Shown: positions 12,988-25,880 of the stretch, piece after piece
How positions within the stretch are numbered: the first letter of the stretch is position 1
Layout of the letters: each line of letters opens with the position of its first letter
From: Octopus bimaculoides
Taxonomy: Eukaryota
Length of the DNA stretch: 64,000 bases
Direction: 5' to 3'
Assembly (NCBI RefSeq): GCF_001194135.2
Contig: NC_068986.1
Span: 29,999,670 to 30,063,669 of the forward strand
Made by a program: the position numbers and the translations under genes
The notes under the pieces: model-generated
What the model was told of the DNA's origin: nothing
Seen by the model: the letters and a program-made list of their open reading frames with translations, nothing else
Databases searched by the model: none

Positions 12988-13303
12988 CCAGTGGCACGTG
13001 AAAAGACATTCGAGCGAGATCGTTACCAGTGCCGCTGGACTGGCTCCTGTGCAGGTGGCATGTAAAATACACCATTTCGAGCGTGGCCGTTGCCAGTACC
13101 GCCTGACTGGCTTTCGTGCCGGTGGCACGTAAAAGCACCCACTACACTATCGGAGTGGTTGGCATTAGGAAGGGCATCCAGCTGTAGAAACTCTGCCAAA
13201 TCAGAGTGGAGCCTGGTGTAGCCACCTGGTCCACCAGTCCTCAGTTAAATCATCCAACCCATGCTAGCATGGAAAGTGGACATTAAACGATGATGATGAT
13301 GAT
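12988..13303 (+). mobile_element. Family C element (RTE 3' UTR) nested in a minus-strand SINE A remnant
   Basis: GGTGGCACGTAAAA modules, TTAGGAAGGGCATCCAGCTGTAGAAAC, (GAT)n tail; SINE A sequence on both sides (12937-12987, 13304-13378). Confidence 0.85.
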
Positions 13304-13385
13304 GGTGAATGTAAAGCTTGAAGAAATGCCACATGGCATTTTGTCCAGCATTCTAAAGATTTTGCCAGCTTTCCACCTTTTCGAA

Positions 13386-13476
13386 AAGTACTGAGTGCTC
13401 AAAGTGGATGATGTTTGTAGAAGAAGACCCAGAAAGACATTGGATGAAGCAGTGAAAACTGATCTCAAAATGCTGA
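13386..13476 (+). pseudogene. Decayed RTE reverse transcriptase C-terminal fragment
   Basis: Translates as KY*VLKVDDVCRRRPRKTLDEAVKTDLKML, matching the RTE motif GRGRPRKTWxEVVxxDL also seen at 29.3 kb. Confidence 0.6.
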
Positions 13477-13839
13477 TGGAAAGCTGATGTATGATGACAA
13501 TGGCAGTGGCTGCTGCTCACCTGACAAACTGTTTCACATATGCACTCAGATATACAACCTGTAGGTGGTGGACGACTGTATGGAAAATAATTTGCTTGTC
13601 CTCACATCACCTTGTGCCTGAGATATGATAAATATCCACACTTCCGTGTTTATATGATTTGTTTTGTATAAGGAGTGTCCACTCTCTCCTCTCAGCAGCA
13701 TTGCTAGTCCAAGGCATTTTGGAAATAGTTTATCTTTGACATGAAAGTCCTTCAGAAAATCAAAAAATATTGTTGATCAGGTCCTCTATTAAGAAATTAT
13801 AGAATAAAAATAATATGATAGAATACTAGGCATCCCATT

Positions 13840-14114
13840 CCACAAACACGTATACCCTTAATGTAGTTCTCAGGGATATTCAGCGTGACAAGGCTGGCCC
13901 TTTGAAATACAGGTACGACAGAAACAGGAAGAAAGAGTGAGAGAAAGTTGTGGTGAAAGAGTACAGCAGGGTTCGCCAGCATCCCCTGCCGGAGCTTCGT
14001 GGGGCTTTAGGTGTTTTCACTCAATAAACACTCACAACGCCCGGTCTGGGAATCGAAACCATGATCCTATGACCGCGAGTCTGCTGCCCTAACCACTGGG
14101 CCATTGCGCCTCCA
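13840..14114 (-). mobile_element. tRNA-derived SINE, family D (3'-truncated)
   Basis: Reverse complement of GGAGGCGCAATGGCCCAGTGGTTAGGGCAGC..GGTTTCGATTCCC; body matches 20246-20629. Confidence 0.88.
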
Positions 14115-14184
14115 CAAATAATATATATATATATATATATGCATATATACATATGAATACGTACATACTTACATGTTTACGTAT

Positions 14185-14365
14185 ATACATATGCATATAT
14201 GGGCACAGGACATCACAAAACATAAACAACAAATAATACAAAGTACGAGGACATGGAATAAGGGCTTTTTTTCCAACCAACGAAAGAAACAAATGGAAAA
14301 CAAGACAAGCAACATAAGGAACGACCCTTCATCAGTTGTCAGCTGTTTTTCTTGTCCGTATTTCG
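14185..14365 (-). mobile_element. Possible Penelope-like terminal fragment with CTGATGA core
   Basis: Minus strand reads GACAACTGATGAAGGGTCGTTCCTTATGTTGCTTGTC, then a T-rich stretch; several CpGs retained; family assignment is from memory only. Confidence 0.3.
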
Positions 14366-16009
14366 AATATATATATATATATTGTCTATCTCTGTACTAT
14401 AGACTTGATCAAGGAGTAATTGATAGTTTTAGTCTTCCATAAGAATTTCATTAATATTTAGAAAACCTTGCTGAAATATTAATAAATATTAACAAATCAA
14501 CCCCAGCACTTGACAAATACTATATTTTCCTGACCCTGGAAGGACCAAACAAATTGTTGCTCCTTATGAAGGTTAAGGATTAATGTGATGTGGGTTAATC
14601 ATTAAAAAATCTAGCATTTAGACAGATGAAAGATTATCTCAGAATAATCTATACAATAAAATGTGCTGGAATATTTTGCACAATGAATTGTCTAATAAAA
14701 CAAACATTCCCCAAGAAATTTTAATTTCTGTTCAACTTCTTTAAATCTGACTTATTTAATTGATAATTCCATTTTTCTTTATTTTGAAGTGTTTCCAAAT
14801 TCTTGTGATGTTTTGGTAAATTTTTGTTAGAAATGGTTTTCCTTATTTGTACAGGCTTCTGGAAAATTAATCTGTTTATAATCTTGTGGCAAATGAAATA
14901 AACTACACATGCATACATTTGTGCACAGACACATAGATGCAGGCACATAAATACACATTCATACACAAACTTGCTGTATGGGTGTACACAATATACATAT
15001 ATTTGTGTGTTTGCGTAATTGCACATGTATATATATGATCATGAACATGTGTACACACATAGAAATTTGCTTCTAATAAGGAAATTACATTGAGCAAAAG
15101 AGAAGAATTCAAACAGTTGAAATTGCATCATGACAGGAGGAAGATTTGAATTGGTGCCAAAACTGATGATGAAAACAAGAAACACCATCTTTAACATTTT
15201 ATTTATCCATCTCTTCAAAAATAATCTTAATCATTTTAATGTTGCCAGTTTGTTGGCAAGGGATTCTATGAGAAGCGCTGTAAAGTGCTGTTCTCAAATA
15301 AGACATTAACATAACAAATGCACATTTAGAAAACAATAAAATACAAATATTTGAACACATGAGTCACATGTACTTGCATGCATTTTATCTTCAGTGTCCT
15401 TGCCATATAGATTTGCCAAACATTAAGGCAAAGAAAATAAACAGCAAAAACATTCCTTCATTATCCTCACCATATATGGCTGGGTGAAGGAATAGTTAAT
15501 AGACTTACTAGTAGAATGCATGAATGTAGAGAACTATGGAATAATAAACAGGTGGGTGAAGAATTAGATATTTATGTAATCCAGTGTTTATACATAACAT
15601 TAGACAGAGAAGTGGACATAAATCTAGCTTGGTGATTTGATAATGGAATAGATCTATAAATGAGTACACTGATCATTGTCATTATTTTCACTGTTATCTA
15701 AGAATTCATTTCCCATAATTTCGTCCACAAAGTTCAATCCTGCGCCATCTCATGCATTGAACTTCCATTTTCAAATTTAACCTAAATATCCTTTCCAATT
15801 TCTCCAAGATCTATTTTCACTTTGGGTACCTTCCACTATCAGTTCACAGTACATTTTAATCACCATTCATCATCAATTTCTACTATGGTCTTACTATTAC
15901 AATTGTCTCTTTCACTCACTAGTTATTGCTTTTGAGGCAGTCATTTTTCTCAGCCCACTGTTAAATTTGTACTTTAGTTATTTCTATATGCTAATAAAAT
16001 AGCTGAGGG

Positions 16010-16302
16010 CAGCATTTCTCAAAGTGGACTCCATGACAAAAGCTCTGGGGTTCTACAAAATACGATACCTTTTAATGGAATTTAATAAGGATTTATTTTA
16101 TTAAACAAATAATATCCCCATTTACTAAATACTATACTATTGTACATTATTTTCCCATATGAATAGATACTCTCTTTAAAACAATCTCATTTCATTGAAT
16201 GCCTTATTAAAATTATGGTAGTAATTGCCCTTGAAATAAGAGTATGCATTTTGAAAAAAATCATAAAGGTGTTCCCTGATAAAATAAGTTTAGAAACTGC
16301 TG
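16010..16302. mobile_element. hAT-type MITE (old)
   Basis: Imperfect TIRs CAGCATTTCTCAAAGT / AAGTTTAGAAACTGCTG; TSD not preserved. Confidence 0.45.
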
Positions 16303-18087
16303 GTCTAGCATATTACTTTGATTATTTTTATTTTTCTTACTATGTCTGATATTTTACTTTTTCTCTTCATATTTATCATATTCATACATGTCACATCTTA
16401 TTATCATATATACCAGACTGCTTCTTATTTCTATGAGTGATCCACTTTTCTGCCAATAATGACAGAAATTCTCAACCTTTTAATCTATTATGAACTCTAA
16501 AAGCTTATATGTCTCAGGAGATAATACAACTATTGATCTGATTGGTTAAACAGATGAACTTGCAAACAATTTCCAGGGAATTAACTCAGTAGTCTCTGGT
16601 CTTTAGATTTCAATAGCATGAAATTTATTATATCCATTGCTTTTAGAACACTGTCAATAACATTTCTGGATTAACCTACATAAAATGATTTTACGCACTT
16701 TGTGTATCTATCTATTGTGTTCTGTTTGCAAAGTAAACAATTCTTCAGTTTCATTGGTTCATTGATGCCTTAAACATCAATGACCTTCTTGTAACCACAA
16801 TAACTTTGTCTTCTCAATTAAATTTTCATTTTTCTCCTCAGCCATCCGATAAGTTTGCATTTCAAAGTCAAACAAATAGCATAGTTTCAATTAGAAACTG
16901 AATTCAGCTGGCATAAATCCTTTTTATATTATTTTAATTTTAAACAATGTTTACATATATAATGAAATGATTAGATAAAGTAGGAAATTTCAAAAAGATG
17001 GTATCACAATATAGTGTTATCATTATTGCTTAACCCTAGGTAAGCCCAGTTCCAGCAGACCTACAATTAAAGACATTCCATCTATGAATATTCTGTCCTT
17101 TATGTATATCTAGAACTATATCATCAAATGTTTCCTTCATTTTTAAAGACATTTTGAAGAATATTTGGCTACTGTTTCTAAGTTGTTGAATGACCATAAA
17201 GCAGCCCTCTTATTGCCTTGTGATATGACTCTATTACTGGAGGAGACTTCTTGATAAAATTGATATTTCAACTGAGTCAGCAAATACATTAACATATCAG
17301 CAAAAATAGGCAGGATATACTTTTGCGAGATGTAGACCTACATGTTTTGATGTTGCATTGCTAACTGCAGACATTAACACCCTGAAATATCAATACTGCT
17401 TTTTATGCTACAAAATTATTTTGATTTTGCTTTCAAGTCAAAATGTTTGTATAGCTATAACTATGCACAATAAATATTATATGTTGGATGAAAAAAAAAT
17501 GTTATGAGCTCTTAATAAGTTGTAGTTAAAGTAAAGGTTGATCGCATATGTTTTGAAGAACTGTTATGTCATACATGTGATATATTTGAAGTGCAGTATA
17601 ACTGAATGAGGTTTCAGATTCAATCCCACTGCATAGCATCTCAGGCAAATATCCTTTTCTATAGCCTTTGGTCGACCTATACCTGAGTGATATTAGGTAG
17701 AGAAAAACTAAATAGAAACCTGTTGGCTCCATTATACCTGTAACTAAAAACTATAGATATTATTTTGTCACACACTCATACATTGTATCATTGTCATTCT
17801 GTCTGGGAATTATGTTAAGGCAATCAAAGGCAAACTGCAAACCCCATCAATTTTCTGAATAGCATGCCTGAACAAAAAATAATCTTGAATCTTTTTTAGC
17901 GGTGCAGCCTGTCTTTTGATGAGCCATGTCTCTCTGCTTCTTGTAAGAGGGTAGCCCATGCTGGCATTAAGGGTACGCATATCTGTGTAAGCTCAACTAC
18001 TTACTAATTCAATGACTGAGCAATTCAGTTGATTGAACAATTGAATCCTCATCACTGAAACTGACACAGAATCTCCCACCTTCGCCT

Positions 18088-18148
<61 letters not shown>

Positions 18149-18175
18149 CTCTCTCACACGCACTTGTATGTGTGT

Positions 18176-18230
<55 letters not shown>
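18088..18230. repeat. (CT)n-(TG)n-(AG)n compound microsatellite
   Basis: Directly visible. Confidence 0.95.
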
Positions 18231-18233
<3 letters not shown>

Positions 18234-19225
18234 AACTCACACATGAAATGATAAAGGATTGAGAGAAGACCTAATACATCCAAGCTAGTATGTATATCCG
18301 ACCAGACATTAAACTGATAATTAGGATAATTATTATAATTTTCTTTTTATACTATCAGCATTTTAATTAATCAGAAGGCTACTAAGATTAACAAGATTAA
18401 TGATAAGTGTTTGTTATCAGTTATTATTTTGTTGTTTTTTTTTATATCATATATTACAGATTTGAATATTTTCATAAACTGTAGGAATAATAGCTTTGTT
18501 TGTAACCAATTGTACTTTCAAGATTCAGTCACTCAGCAATGAATGATCCATAGAAGTGATCGGCCAGATCAAATAAGGGGATTAAATTAATAAATAGATG
18601 AGGTGCAGAGAGAGCTGTGCAGTTAATAAGTTTGCTTTGCAACCAAGTGATTTTGGGTTTAGCTCAATAGTGCAGCACCTTGCACAAAATGCTAGGCTGA
18701 AGAAGATTGGTCCAACTCCTGCAAGCATGGGAAAATGGACATAAAACGACTGACTATGACAACACACTCATGCACATATAGATAAACACTTGCATACACA
18801 CACTCACACACATACCCACTCTCTTCCTGCCATTTTTTATTGCTGTCCTTTAAATTTAATGTTAAACATTATCATTTATCATCATTTGTTAACTAAAGAT
18901 TGAGTTGGCAGAGCAATAAAAATGATTCATTTGTTAGTTTCATAAACTAAAATGGCAAAGTTTATAAAAAAAAATTGTGAAAAACATAATATAACTCGAG
19001 ACTGGAATTCATCATTTATATAAAGATTTTAAACATTTTTGCAATATGAACATAAATATCAATTTGTAAATTGTGAACTTTACTTAAATACTATACCCCC
19101 TGTGTCATAAATTCCATATTAATCACTTTCACAAGGACATAAGAACTCTTTCTAAGTGACACTATATTTTTGACACCTAAAAAATAAGATTTTTTTTTTT
19201 TGGTTTTCAGTTGTATTAACAATAA

Positions 19226-19640
19226 TTCTTTCTATTACAGGCATAAGATTTAAAAGTTTGGGGAAGGGGCTAGTCAGTTACATCAACTCCAGTGCTCAGC
19301 TGGTACTTAATTCATCAGCTCCTAAAAGAATGAAAGGCAAAGTCGACCTTGGCAGAATTTAAGCTCACAACATAAAACCAGAAGAAATGCATTTTATCCA
19401 GCATGGTAATGATTCTACCAGCTCACTGCCTTTGTATTAATAATAATAATAAAATACGTAGTTTTACTAGGTACCAGATCCATTGGAATGATGTGATATG
19501 TATACATTTATGTTACTTAGTTTACGAACCCTAGCAACAGGAATGAAAGACAAAACTAATTTTAGTCAAAATTGAATTCAAACATTTAAGATTGCAAACA
19601 TAATGGTAATGAAACGTTTGATCTAGCACTCAACTGAATG
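19226..19640 (-). mobile_element. Two tandem SINE family A copies (second strongly decayed)
   Basis: 19226-19432 contains AATGAAAGGCAAAGTCGACC and ends GATTCTACCAGCTCACTGCCTT; a weaker match follows at about 19465-19640 after an (AAT)n spacer. Confidence 0.7.
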
Positions 19641-20245
19641 TTGCTAATTTCCCCGATTCACACAAATTCAAGGAATAATTATTGCCATCAGTGATAGTGG
19701 CAATAATGATCACGGCTTCTTATTTTGGAACAAGGCTAGAAATATTTCTAAGGATATGGTTGAATGATTTCAGCTTGAGTACACTTAAATAGAGTATATA
19801 AGAGTATGCCCATATTAACTCCACCTGACCACATGTCATTGTGGGTCACCTTTGCGTGCACCACTTACCACTGTGTTGCAAAAGTGATAACAAACTAAGG
19901 GTAATTGTAAGTACCAATATCTCTAGTTATGATTCATGCATTTCTCCTTATGTATGATACAATGGCACCAAACTATATGCAGGTGTATAGCATACAGACT
20001 TTACCTGCTTTCTTGCCTCATCCAAATATTTGTGACAATTTGGATTGCTAAAAATAGTTACAAAATTTGTAAAATAAGTTTCTGTGGACTGAAGCTTTAG
20101 ATAGACCCCTTGTCATCATTGGAACTTCTTCAAAGATTCCTCTTCTTCAGTGTACAATAAATATTGTACTAGTATATTATTTACACTGTCGAAAATACTG
20201 AAATGACTGCAGTGATACTAAGAGATGTATTCAGATATGGATCAA

Positions 20246-20629
20246 GTTGTTGGCACTCCATTGCTTACGACGTTGAGGGTTCCAGTCGATCCGATCAACG
20301 GAACAGCCTGCTCATGAAATTAACATGCAAGTGGCTGAACACTCCACAGACACGTGTACCCTTAACGTAGTTCTCGGGGATATTCAGAGTGACACAGTGT
20401 GACAAGGCTGACCCTTTGAATTACAGGCACAACAGAAACAGGAAGTAAGAGTGAGAGAAAGTTGTGGTGAAAGAGTACAGCAGGGTTCACCACCATCCCC
20501 TGCCGGAGCCTCGTGGAGCTTTAGGTGTTTTCGCTCAATAAACACTCACAACGCCCAGTCTGGGAATCAAAACCACGATCCTACGACCGCGAGTCTACTG
20601 CCCTAACCACTGGGCCATTGCACCTCCAC
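20246..20629 (-). mobile_element. SINE family D, full length
   Basis: A-box TGGCCCAGTGG and B-box-like GGTTTTGATTCC on the minus strand; 3' end GATCGGATCGACTGGAACCCTCAACGTCGTAAGCAATGGAGTGCCAACAAC. Confidence 0.9.
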
Positions 20630-21600
20630 GGGTTGTAGAAATAATCATACTGAAAATAACATCATAATAATTTTGGGGATAATGGCAGTATGTGAAAATA
20701 TGTTGAGGATTTAAAGTAGATGCTAGCTTAAAAAAAAAGGACAAAATAAAATGGTCAGAGTTGATCTGAGAAGGTTTATGTTAATGGGGTTCACATTACA
20801 AAATTAGAAATAACAAAAAAAAAAAATAAATTTGTATCCTTTGTTTCTATTAAATTGTTGGCTTTGCTCTTACAATCTTGAATTTGGTGCAACATATTTC
20901 CTTTTCTTTAACATATTTCTTTGATTCTTGTGAGAACAATTTCAGGAAAATAAGCAGTCTTCTATTTGTAGGATGTTTTCTTCCAATGTTGCTGTTTTGC
21001 TATTTATGTAACATAGATCAATTTTCTATAAAAATAAATTCCTATTATATGAATTAATATTTATCTTTGAAAGAAACAAACAAAAAAAATTCCCTCTTCT
21101 TTGAATTTGATATACAGCATTATTAAATGACATTCTAAGATCACTAAACAGTTTCTGATTTGAACAAACATTTATTTGATTCAGACAGTTTAGGTTTACA
21201 TTTTTATTTTATATAACTCCTTTATTGCAACATGATTGACTTTGAGCCACTTGATCCTTCAATTAAAAAAAAAAAAAAAAAAAAAAAATAGAACGAGAGA
21301 CTGTTGTTGAGCTTTGAAATGTTTATGTAAAGAATTTCATGCTGTGTTGTTATTGTTGTTAAGCTGGAAATCATCTCCAACTCAGTAGGCTCATGATTAA
21401 AAATCTTCTAGCATGACCGTCCCCATCCATACAATTTTCTCAGGCATTGTTTATAAAGAACTACATTGTTCAGTGTGTCTCGCTCCTTTTCCAAGATGGT
21501 CGGTTGTAATTTCAGGAAGATTTTTCTATCTTTCCTAGTTAATTCCTTCAATGGCTCTTAATTAAAAAGTTGAAACATCTGGGGCAAATCTTCATATTTA

Positions 21601-21681
21601 TCCTCCTCCTCCTCCTCCTCCTCCTCATCATCATCATCATCATCGTCGTCGTCGTCGTCGTCGTCGTCGTCATCATCATCA

Positions 21682-21742
<61 letters not shown>
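21601..21742. repeat. Compound trinucleotide repeat (TCC)n(ATC)n(GTC)n(ATC)n(GTC)n(ATC)n
   Basis: Directly visible; source of the spurious poly-M/T/R ORFs. Confidence 0.95.
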
Positions 21743-23416
21743 TGATATTCTTTATTCTTGATGAAGACTGAGCTGAGACTAAACAACAACATCTTGTAGT
21801 TTGGACAGAATTTTGACAAATGATGTAAAAAAGAAATTTTAAAAGAAAATATTAGAAATTGATTGTTTTTTTTAGTAACTGATTCTCAAATTACACATTG
21901 CATTGAAATTCCAATACTGGGTAGACCTGTAGTTTTTCTTACTCACCGTTTGTTACTGGCTGTTGTTTAGGTAAATTCAATTTCAAAGATTCAGCTGGCA
22001 CAGTATTAGTATGGTATATATAGGACCCTGACTCAATGTTGACTCCAAGAAGCTTGACATTAGTTAACTTTGACGTTGTGACTCCTCATATTTCTGTTCA
22101 ATTTTTGAAAATATTTCATGAAAAATTATTCTGAGTTAACTCACAAATAATTTGAAAATGGCCACGAGAATGGAAATGTAGCTAAATTTAGGTTCTAATC
22201 AATATAGTGCAGTGTGATGCAGAGATTTACTTGCCTGCATGTCTGAGTGTGTAACTAATTGCCTGCCCAGCCTCACATAAGAACACATATACATATAAGT
22301 ATCATTGAAACCTATAAATCATAAATGAATTTGATAAACCCTCCAATTGAACAGTTGGCTAAGTAGACAATTGCTATTGTTAAATAGACCAAAATATTCG
22401 TTTATGGTATTTAAAGTGTACCATATTGAATAATAAGTTCTTGAGAATCTTAATTTAGAAATTTTATTGATAGAAAGAAGAACTGATAGAATTCATTACT
22501 TTCCAGGGGCTTTTGATTGTATTTCTCATCTAATATAATATAACATTATATGTATGTATGTATGTATTTATGCATGTGTGTATGTGTGAATGTGTGTGTA
22601 TGAGTATGTGTGTGTGTGTGAGTGTGTTTGTGTGTGTGTGTGTATGTACATATGCATGCATGCATGTATGTATGTAAAAGGATATGGCATAAAATTACAC
22701 CGTCTCATAGGAATGCAATTTAGCAAATTGTGTTTCAATATAAATTGGTAAGCTCCATTTGGCATTAGAAATGAAAGTAGCTTTAGAGACAATATGTTAT
22801 TTCCCATATGGAAAATAGCTTTGTTTGTTTCTTCAAAACATTTAAACTGTGTAACATTTTTGCGTGTACAGACACACATAATTATATATAAATGTATATA
22901 TATATATATATACATATGTATACATATATGTGCGTGTGTGTGTACATGGGTGTGCATATTGGTCATTAACACATGTCTATATGTAACGTTGCATTTATAT
23001 GCAGATTCATGATTTTTGCCTGTTTTCCTAATCCTATGATAGCTTTGTTGTTTCTTAACCTTTTTGTTACTGTATTTATTTTGGGATGCTCTGTGCTTCT
23101 TTCAATTAATTTTAAATATAACAAAGAATTTAGTAAAATAACTTAGTTATCATTAAGCTAGTGTTAGGAACAAACTGTGACTTTGGTTTGGTGGAAAATT
23201 TTAATTCAGAGCCTTTGGAAGCAAGACTACAGAGCCAGAGGCGGTTTTAGCCAGGTTGGTATCAAAAGGGTTAATATATCACTTCTTTTCTCCCTCATCC
23301 TGCTTTCTCTCTCTGTTTCTCACATAAACATATGTATAAATACTTTCTCTATTGTTTGTCCATGCTAGTATAGCTTTGATATTTGCATGAATTGTCAAAA
23401 TTTGGGATTTATATGG

Positions 23417-23622
23417 GTTTCAAATTTTGGCACTCGGCTTGTAAGTTCAAGGGAGAGGCAAGTTGATTACATCAAGCCCAGTGCTCAACTGGTACTTATT
23501 TATCGACCCTGAAGGTTGAAATGTAAGGTAGACCCTGGCAGATTTTGAACTCAGAATGTAAAGACAGAAGAAATGCCCGGTATTTTGCCTGGCATGCTAA
23601 CAATTCTGCTAGCTCACAGCCA
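23417..23622 (-). mobile_element. SINE family A, diverged
   Basis: CCCAGTGCTCAACTGGTACTTATTTATCGACCC..TTTGAACTCAGAA..CAATTCTGCTAGCTCAC. Confidence 0.8.
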
Positions 23623-24004
23623 TTTTGTGATTTATATTAGCTACAAGTCTTTTGAAAAATTTTGCATTGGAATACTCAGGTGCATTAGAATTTCTTGCTA
23701 TGCTGTTATACATGTTGAACATCCTACATTGCCACATTCAATAAACAACATTTTAAATGATTTATATATATATATAAAATATTGCCCTGCTTGTTATAAC
23801 CAGAAATGGTTCTGATGAAAGTAGCATTGATTTTCTTGTGTCATTCAATTTGCCTCAATTGATCAATAGAGCAGCTGAGTAAACCTATCAGTAAAAACCT
23901 ATCAGTAATGTACCTATAATGGAAACAGCTGTAAGCCAAATTTGTTCCAATAAAGGAATAATATATAATGACCATTATTTTGAATTTGGTTTTTCTATAT
24001 ATGT

Positions 24005-24303
24005 ATCATCGTCCTTTAACATCCGCTTTCCATGCTAGCATGGGTTGGACGATTTGACTGAGGACTGGTGAAACCGGATGGCAACACCAGGCTCCAATCC
24101 AATTTGGCAGAGTTTCTACAGCTGGATGCCCTTCCTAACGCCAACCACTCAGAGAGTGTAGTGGGTGCTTTTATGTGTCACTCGCACGAAAACGGCCACG
24201 CTCGAAATGGTGTCTTTTATGTGCCACCCGCACAAGAGCCAGTCCAGGGGCACTGGCAACGATCACGCTCGAAAACCCTACAAAAGCCAGTCAGGTGGTA
24301 TAT
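24005..24303 (-). mobile_element. Family C element (RTE 3' end), running into the gap
   Basis: TTTAACATCCGCTTTCCATGCTAGCATGGGTTGGACG..CTACAGCTGGATGCCCTTCCTAACGCCAACC; same variant as 29564-29871. Confidence 0.9.
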
Positions 24304-25164
24304 NNNNNNNNNNNNNNNNNNNNNNNNNNNNNNNNNNNNNNNNNNNNNNNNNNNNNNNNNNNNNNNNNNNNNNNNNNNNNNNNNNNNNNNNNNNNNNNNN
24401 NNNNNNNNNNNNNNNNNNNNNNNNNNNNNNNNNNNNNNNNNNNNNNNNNNNNNNNNNNNNNNNNNNNNNNNNNNNNNNNNNNNNNNNNNNNNNNNNNNNN
24501 NNNNNNNNNNNNNNNNNNNNNNNNNNNNNNNNNNNNNNNNNNNNNNNNNNNNNNNNNNNNNNNNNNNNNNNNNNNNNNNNNNNNNNNNNNNNNNNNNNNN
24601 NNNNNNNNNNNNNNNNNNNNNNNNNNNNNNNNNNNNNNNNNNNNNNNNNNNNNNNNNNNNNNNNNNNNNNNNNNNNNNNNNNNNNNNNNNNNNNNNNNNN
24701 NNNNNNNNNNNNNNNNNNNNNNNNNNNNNNNNNNNNNNNNNNNNNNNNNNNNNNNNNNNNNNNNNNNNNNNNNNNNNNNNNNNNNNNNNNNNNNNNNNNN
24801 NNNNNNNNNNNNNNNNNNNNNNNNNNNNNNNNNNNNNNNNNNNNNNNNNNNNNNNNNNNNNNNNNNNNNNNNNNNNNNNNNNNNNNNNNNNNNNNNNNNN
24901 NNNNNNNNNNNNNNNNNNNNNNNNNNNNNNNNNNNNNNNNNNNNNNNNNNNNNNNNNNNNNNNNNNNNNNNNNNNNNNNNNNNNNNNNNNNNNNNNNNNN
25001 NNNNNNNNNNNNNNNNNNNNNNNNNNNNNNNNNNNNNNNNNNNNNNNNNNNNNNNNNNNNNNNNNNNNNNNNNNNNNNNNNNNNNNNNNNNNNNNNNNNN
25101 NNNNNNNNNNNNNNNNNNNNNNNNNNNNNNNNNNNNNNNNNNNNNNNNNNNNNNNNNNNNNNNN

Positions 25165-25635
25165 TCCGAACTAAATTCGATGACTGGCACCCATGCCAAC
25201 GTCGTCTCCTTCATTGGACACTAAACTCGGCTTGCGAAGGCCTGTTGAGGCAAGCGAAAGTGAAAAAGCGAAATTGTGACGGCACCTGTGCCCAGCATCG
25301 CCTTCCTGGCACTTGTGCCGGTGGCACATGTAAAGACATTCGAGCGAGATTGTTGCCAGTGCTGCCAGACTGGCTCTTGTGCAGGTGGCACGTAAAATAC
25401 ACCATTTTGAGCATGGCCGTTGCCAGTACCACCTGACTGGCCTTTGTGCCGGTGGCACGTAAAAGCACCCACTACACTCTCAGAGTGGTTGGCGTTAGGA
25501 AGGGCATCCAGCTGTAGAAACTGCCAAATCAGATTGGAGCCTGGTGCAGCCATCTGGTTCACCAGTCCTCAATCAAATCGTCCAACCCATGATAGCATGG
25601 AAAGCGGACGTTAAACGATGATGATGATGATGATA
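25165..25635 (+). mobile_element. Family C element: RTE 3' UTR with three ~65-bp internal repeats and (GAT)n tail
   Basis: Units start at about 25291, 25355 and 25422; ends GGACGTTAAACGATGATGATGATGATGA. Confidence 0.9.
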
Positions 25636-25639
25636 TATC

Positions 25640-25880
25640 AATGTGTGTGTCTGTGTCTGTGTTTCTTTCTCATCTCACTGTTTGACAACTGGTGTTGGCA
25701 TGTTTAAATATCCGTAACTTAACAGTTCACCAAAACAAACTGACAGAATAAGTAGTAGGCTTAAAAAGAAATAATAATAATAAATAAGTTCTGGGGGTTG
25801 ATTCATTCGATTAATAATTCAAGGTGGTGCTCTAGTTTGGTCACAATCTAATGACTGGAACAAATAAAAGGTAAAAGATT
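25640..25880 (+). mobile_element. SINE family B, 3' half, diverged
   Basis: TGACAACTGGTGTTGG..CGTAACTTAACAGTTC..AGAATAAGTAGTAGGCTT..AATGACTGGAACAAATAAAAG. Confidence 0.75.

Noticed and set aside
20560-20629. SINE heads with A and B boxes as tRNA genes
   Set aside because: No complete cloverleaf or acceptor stem; each continues into a SINE body.
12516-21949. Minus-strand GTRAGT donors at about 12521, 18004 and 21946 as alternative first exons
   Set aside because: Such hexamers are expected dozens of times by chance in 64 kb; no matching acceptors or open frames.
25238-25260. CTGTTGAGGCAAGCGAAA as a hammerhead core
   Set aside because: The essential A6 is T, stem II is one pair, and I found no stems I and III.
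24068-25436. Long ORFs of 300-420 aa in the track (also at 12.7, 29.2-29.8, 33.6-34.8 and 57.2-58.1 kb)
   Set aside because: They span N gaps translated as X; they are not real open frames.
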